Shown here: piece by piece, positions 59,864-64,000 of the stretch
Position numbering within the stretch: position 1 is the first letter of the stretch
Layout of the letters: each line of letters starts with the position of its first letter
From: Prevotella sp.
GTDB lineage: Bacteria; Bacteroidota; Bacteroidia; Bacteroidales; Dysgonomonadaceae
DNA length: 64,000 nucleotides
Direction of reading: 5' to 3'
NCBI GenBank assembly: GCA_031285625.1
Contig: JAITVV010000067.1
Span: 39,497 to 103,496 of the forward strand
The notes under the pieces: model-generated
Seen by the model: only the letters and a program-made list of their open reading frames with translations
The model's database searches: none
Told to the model about the DNA's origin: nothing
Made by a program: the position numbers and the translations under genes

Positions 59864-59943
59864 TGGTACAAATTTTGGTTAATTAATATGAAGTATTAGA
59901 AAATATACAAATGACAAAATATGATTTTCCATATGTATTGATG

Positions 59944-59951
59944 CAAATGTA
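59944..59951 (-). promoter_or_regulatory. Sigma-A -7 element (TACATTTG) of the susC operon
   Basis: TAnnTTTG match about 240 nt upstream of susC. Confidence 0.55.
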
Positions 59952-60086
59952 GTTTTGGTAAATAACAAGAAGAAATTCCCTATGAAATATATAAGCTTTT
60001 TTTTACTCAACAATCACATTAAACATTAATTACTAAACATTTACACATTTACCTTTTCATAAAAAATATAACCTAAATATAAAAGA

Positions 60087-60112
60087 AAAAAGAGCCTGAT
60101 CAGGCTCTTTTT
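60087..60112. terminator. Perfect 26-bp palindrome, terminator of the susR-like gene
   Basis: AAAAAGAGCCTGATCAGGCTCTTTTT immediately downstream of the stop at 60138. Confidence 0.8.
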
Positions 60113-60137
60113 ATTATAAATATGTTAAAAACAAGTG

Positions 60138-61760
60138 TTATTGTGGAGTTGTCCGCACTGTTTTTATCTCCATTATTTTCTGTTCAAATTGTTCATTCGG
60201 TATAATCGATTTATTCTTAACCTTTGTCTTATACGTGTTAATAGTATTTACTGAATAATCCAGAAATCTGGCAATCCTCTCACTTTCATGAATTCCAAGA
60301 CGTATAAGTGCAAATATCCTCAATTCAGGAGTCAACCCTTTATTAAGATCAAAGCTAATGACATCTTCAGGTTTAAACAGTCGGTTATACTCCTCTATAA
60401 AATCCGGAAATAGCCTCAAGAATGTCTGATCGAAGGAGGAATACATATTTTCCCGTTCTTTCTTCAAATCCGACTCTTTCAGGTAAGAGTGTATATCATC
60501 GAATTGACGAGCCTTCACTTTTCGGTTAATAGTCTTATATAAACTCTCCAGTCTATCAATGTATTCAGATTTTCCATATAATGACTGAACGACGTATTCG
60601 TCCTTTATCTCATTAGCTTCTATTAATTTCGAATTTGTAGATTGCAGGCTCTTATTCTGTGATTGAATTGTTCGCTTGGCTCTCCTCAGTTTCTTTACCT
60701 GCTTATAGATAATAATAGTAGAAACCAAAACCAGTATAAACATCAGCGAAACCACAGCAGCAAAAATTATAAGATTATTACGCTGATTTTCTACCATTTG
60801 CAAGTGCTCACGCTCTATAATAGGTAAAATCGCACTAATCTGTATCTTACGGTGGCGTGCATTATAGAAATTTGCATCTTCCATAGCAATACGCACATAA
60901 CGGTTTGCCCGTGTCACATCTCCTGCTTCATACAACAGATTGGCCAGATTTTGTAGAGCCACAGCCTCTTTGGTAGCGGACTTTATATCGTATATTGCAG
61001 CCTGTATCAGATAATACATCCCTTTTTGTCCATCACCCATCGAACCATACATAAACCCCATGCTCGAAGTTGCAATCGCAGCAGTATGATCATCTATATT
61101 TGGCGAATGTAGTAATGTCTGAAAGGCCTCGATTGCTGCAGGAAAATTTCTTTGCTGCATCCGCTTCAGTCCAACAGTATTCCACATTTTGGGAGATTCA
61201 ATAGGTAAATATGTTATGGCTGAATCGCAATATTGTATCCCAACTCTGATATATTCGCTACTAAAAGGTTCTCCATTATTATAATCGGCCATATCATAAT
61301 ATAGCCTTGCCAGTTGGGCATAATATTCTTTCTTTATCGCTTCGGATGCATTTTTCACGTCTATTGAATTCATTATATCAGAAGCTTCCTTGAACAAACC
61401 CGAGGAAAGGTAACAAAATGCAATCAGACCTTTGGCCGCCATAACCTTCTCCGGGTCGGATATTAATGTTGCCACATGCAGGCATCTATGTGCATATACA
61501 TATGCAGAATCATATTTATATGATTTGTATTCGTCAAACAAAGTACTATAGGTTTCTAATTTCTCCCGGTCATCAGATTGTGACAATAGGCTTTGTTTTA
61601 ATATTGCTATTTTCTTCTCTTTGAGCTGTACATAATGATCTTTCTGCTCTATATATTTATCCAATTCTTTCAAAGACTGACCTATATTTTCAAAATCTGC
61701 TGAAAACATATAACCAAAATAGAAATAAGAGAAGAAAAATATAATCAGAAGTCTTTTCAT
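60138..61760 (-). CDS. susR: SusR-like membrane-anchored transcriptional regulator (TPR sensor, TM, DUF6377/HTH)
   Basis: Signal peptide, TPR sensor, one TM helix, EANEIKDEY, FDQTFLRLFPDF, ELRIFALIRLGI..SERIARFLDYSVNTINTYKTKVKNK. Confidence 0.85.
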   Translation of the reverse strand: MKRLLIIFFFSYFYFGYMFSADFENIGQSLKELDKYIEQKDHYVQLKEKKIAILKQSLLSQSDDREKLETYSTLFDEYKSYKYDSAYVYAHRCLHVATLISDPEKVMAAKGLIAFCYLSSGLFKEASDIMNSIDVKNASEAIKKEYYAQLARLYYDMADYNNGEPFSSEYIRVGIQYCDSAITYLPIESPKMWNTVGLKRMQQRNFPAAIEAFQTLLHSPNIDDHTAAIATSSMGFMYGSMGDGQKGMYYLIQAAIYDIKSATKEAVALQNLANLLYEAGDVTRANRYVRIAMEDANFYNARHRKIQISAILPIIEREHLQMVENQRNNLIIFAAVVSLMFILVLVSTIIIYKQVKKLRRAKRTIQSQNKSLQSTNSKLIEANEIKDEYVVQSLYGKSEYIDRLESLYKTINRKVKARQFDDIHSYLKESDLKKERENMYSSFDQTFLRLFPDFIEEYNRLFKPEDVISFDLNKGLTPELRIFALIRLGIHESERIARFLDYSVNTINTYKTKVKNKSIIPNEQFEQKIMEIKTVRTTPQ

Positions 61761-61800
61761 GTAATTAAGGAAGTAAGATTTATGGCTAACAATACAGAAT

Positions 61801-62571
61801 TTATTTCATCATTTCCCTCAGTTTGATTTTCGTTAAGGCCTGTTTAGTATTTAATGGGAAATCAGCATCCATCATCCATGCATAGAAGCTAGGTTCTTTC
61901 TTCAAAACTTCGGCTACCGGTTTACCTTTATGCTTGCCAAAATTAAATATCTCTATGCCGTTTTCGTCTTTTATAATACGCCCGGCAAGATCTACATTAT
62001 TATTAAAGAAAGAGAATTCGGAAGCAAGTTTCTCAATATCATTCTCCAGATCAGGATATTTATCCAACTGAGCTTTTAGAACTTCATATGTTGCCAACGT
62101 GTCTGCTTCGGCAGAATGGGCATTGTCTAAATTCTTATCACAATAAAACTTATACGCAGCTTCCAAAGTGCGTTGTTCCTTCTTATGGAAAATAATCTGA
62201 ACATCTATCATTTTTCTTTTAGTGAAATCAATATCCACATCTGCACGTAGAAACTCTTCCACTAACAGAGGAATATCAAAGCGGCTGGAATTAAATCCTG
62301 CCAGATCACAACCTTCCATCTGATCAGCCAGGGATTTGGCTATCTGCTTAAATGTTGGACAGTCCTTTACATCTTCATCCGATATACCATGTATAGCTGT
62401 AGATGTAGCCGGAATTGGCATTTCGGGATTGAGACGCCTTGTTTTTATCTCCTGTTTTCCATTTGGAAACACTTTCAGGTAAGAGATTTCAACAATTCTG
62501 TCCTTTACTGTATCAGTTCCTGTTGTTTCAAGATCAAAAAATATAAGCGGATTTTTCAGATTGAGTTCCAT
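61801..62571 (-). CDS. dnaQ: DEDDh 3'-5' exonuclease, DNA polymerase III epsilon-like
   Basis: FFDLETTG, GFNSSRFD, AHSAEAD; C-terminal FNFGKHKG; follows dnaN. Confidence 0.85.
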   Translation of the reverse strand: MELNLKNPLIFFDLETTGTDTVKDRIVEISYLKVFPNGKQEIKTRRLNPEMPIPATSTAIHGISDEDVKDCPTFKQIAKSLADQMEGCDLAGFNSSRFDIPLLVEEFLRADVDIDFTKRKMIDVQIIFHKKEQRTLEAAYKFYCDKNLDNAHSAEADTLATYEVLKAQLDKYPDLENDIEKLASEFSFFNNNVDLAGRIIKDENGIEIFNFGKHKGKPVAEVLKKEPSFYAWMMDADFPLNTKQALTKIKLREMMK

Positions 62572-62585
62572 AATCTTTTACGAAA

Positions 62586-62626
62586 AAACTTTATCATTCC
62601 ATCATTTAGGCAGAATGATAAAGTTT
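62586..62626. terminator. 14-bp inverted repeat between dnaN and the exonuclease gene
   Basis: AAACTTTATCATTC-13 nt-GAATGATAAAGTTT; T-run follows on the minus strand. Confidence 0.5.
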
Positions 62627-62656
62627 GTTTATATGATTTTATATAATAATTATCTT

Positions 62657-63781
62657 TTAATCGTTAAGCATCATTGGCATGAGCAACATCAGCAAATCTT
62701 CATTTTCTTCATTCTCTGTAGGAATAATAAGTCCTGCACGAGAGGGATCCGATAGTTCTAAAGAAATATCCGAAGAAGGAATGTTATTCAATATTTCAAT
62801 AAGGAAATTCGATTTAAACCCTATATTCATAGGTGTTCCTGAATATTCACATGGAATAGTTTCTTCTGCAGCTGTAGAGAAATCGATATCCTGAGCTGAA
62901 ACAACTATATCCTTATCTGATAACTGAAGCCTGATTAAATTACTTGCCTGATTAGAGAAAACAGAAACACGTTTCAATGCATTCAGGAAAGATAGGCGAT
63001 CCAGAATCACTTTATTAGGATTGTTTTGAGGTATTACCGAATTATAATTTGGATAACGACCTTCTATAAAACGGCAAGTCATTGTATAGCTCGACATCTT
63101 AACATAAGCATTATTTTCATCAAATCTGATCTCTACCGTTTCAGATTCTTTAGGCAAAATAGAACGTAAAAGGTTAGCCGGCTTCTTTGGAAGAATAAAT
63201 GAGGCTCTCTCATCTCCTTTTGCCGATAATGTTTTACAACGAACAAGCTTATGTCCATCCGATGCTACAAAAGTAAGGTCTTCTGTTGTTATATCAAAGT
63301 ATACCCCATTCATAACCGGACGAAGTTCATCATCTGCACTGGCAAAGAATGTACGATTAATACCTGAAAATAATACCTGAGGAGCTATATTCAAAGTAAC
63401 GGCTGTTTCCTTCAATTCCTTAGGCTGAGGATAATCTTCCCCACTTTGGCCAATAAAATTATATTTACCATTATGAAAAAAGATAAATGTTTCCAGATTA
63501 TCACTGTTAATTTCAAATGTAAGAGGCTGCTCAGGCAATTCCTTCAGAGGGTCTAACAGATTCTTTGCATTAACGGCAAACTTGCCATTACCTTCCGCTT
63601 CATTTACTTCGATAGAAGTAACCAAGCGGGTTTCTGAATCTGCAGCTGTAAGCGAAAGTGTAGAACCATTCAGTTCCAAGAGGAAACAGTCAAGTATAGG
63701 TAATGTGTTTTTTGAATTTATAACCTTGCTTATTGCTTGCAAATGGCTTAACAATGCAGTACTGGAAACAACAAATCTCAT
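62657..63781 (-). CDS. dnaN: DNA polymerase III beta sliding clamp
   Basis: NTLPILDCFL, RPVMNGVY, VASDGHKL, IEGRYPNY, IGFKSNFL, LLMPM; TATATTTG box at 63827-63834. Confidence 0.97.
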   Translation of the reverse strand: MRFVVSSTALLSHLQAISKVINSKNTLPILDCFLLELNGSTLSLTAADSETRLVTSIEVNEAEGNGKFAVNAKNLLDPLKELPEQPLTFEINSDNLETFIFFHNGKYNFIGQSGEDYPQPKELKETAVTLNIAPQVLFSGINRTFFASADDELRPVMNGVYFDITTEDLTFVASDGHKLVRCKTLSAKGDERASFILPKKPANLLRSILPKESETVEIRFDENNAYVKMSSYTMTCRFIEGRYPNYNSVIPQNNPNKVILDRLSFLNALKRVSVFSNQASNLIRLQLSDKDIVVSAQDIDFSTAAEETIPCEYSGTPMNIGFKSNFLIEILNNIPSSDISLELSDPSRAGLIIPTENEENEDLLMLLMPMMLND

Positions 63782-63961
63782 ATTTTCAGTGTATTTTAAA
63801 TTATTTTCCTTATGATATTAATAGAGCAAATATAGGTATTTTTTTCATTACATAAGTATTTTTTTCCTGTGATATAGAATCAATATTAATTCTGCCTGTA
63901 TCTTTCTGATAATAATTTTAAAAGTCAATCTATTCTGTTTGTTTTTTTCTTAAAACAAACA

Positions 63962-63992
63962 AGTCCCTCTTAGTGTAATACTAAGAGGGACT
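63962..63992. terminator. Strong hairpin, probable terminator of a gene beyond the window
   Basis: AGTCCCTCTTAGT-gtaat-ACTAAGAGGGACT with A/T-rich flanks. Confidence 0.7.
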
Positions 63993-64000
63993 CTTCTTTA

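Noticed and set aside
62657-64000. Replication origin next to dnaN
   Set aside because: No dnaA and no cluster of TTATCCACA boxes upstream; dnaN is normally unlinked from oriC in Bacteroidetes

Overview
AT-rich chromosomal window from a Bacteroidales bacterium (TAnnTTTG promoters, susC/susD/susR, dnaN unlinked from dnaA; a Dysgonomonas-like origin is my inference). Left to right: the tail of a hybrid two-component regulator; an AraC-controlled alpha-galactoside locus (sugar porter, DUF5107-TPR, GH36, retaining-type GH97, galM); a ~19.4 kb, tightly coupled, minus-strand biosynthetic operon; marR with twin operators; a Ser-type sulfatase; a pair of near-identical 62-bp putative sRNA genes; an AddA-like helicase and SUI1; a REP-like element; GH92; a TonB receptor with a DUF4249 lipoprotein; an LRR gene frameshifted at an A7 run; an orphan GT2 with wecE; a minimal SusR-SusC-SusD-GH97 PUL; dnaQ-like and dnaN. 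The standout is the operon at 11412-30795: MATE transporter, iterative type I PKS/FAS (ER*-ER-KS-AT-ACPx3-KR), second PKS (KS-AT-DH-PPTase), free ACP, alpha/beta hydrolase, two GT1s, a GT-C-like membrane protein and a 3-hydroxyacyl-CoA dehydrogenase. It looks like a self-contained pathway for an uncharacterised glycolipid or glycosylated polyketide. Second is the sRNA pair, which has different promoter types and is complementary to the susC translation-initiation region in this same window. No tRNA, rRNA, CRISPR array or transposase was seen. All family assignments come from motif recognition by eye, not database searches.
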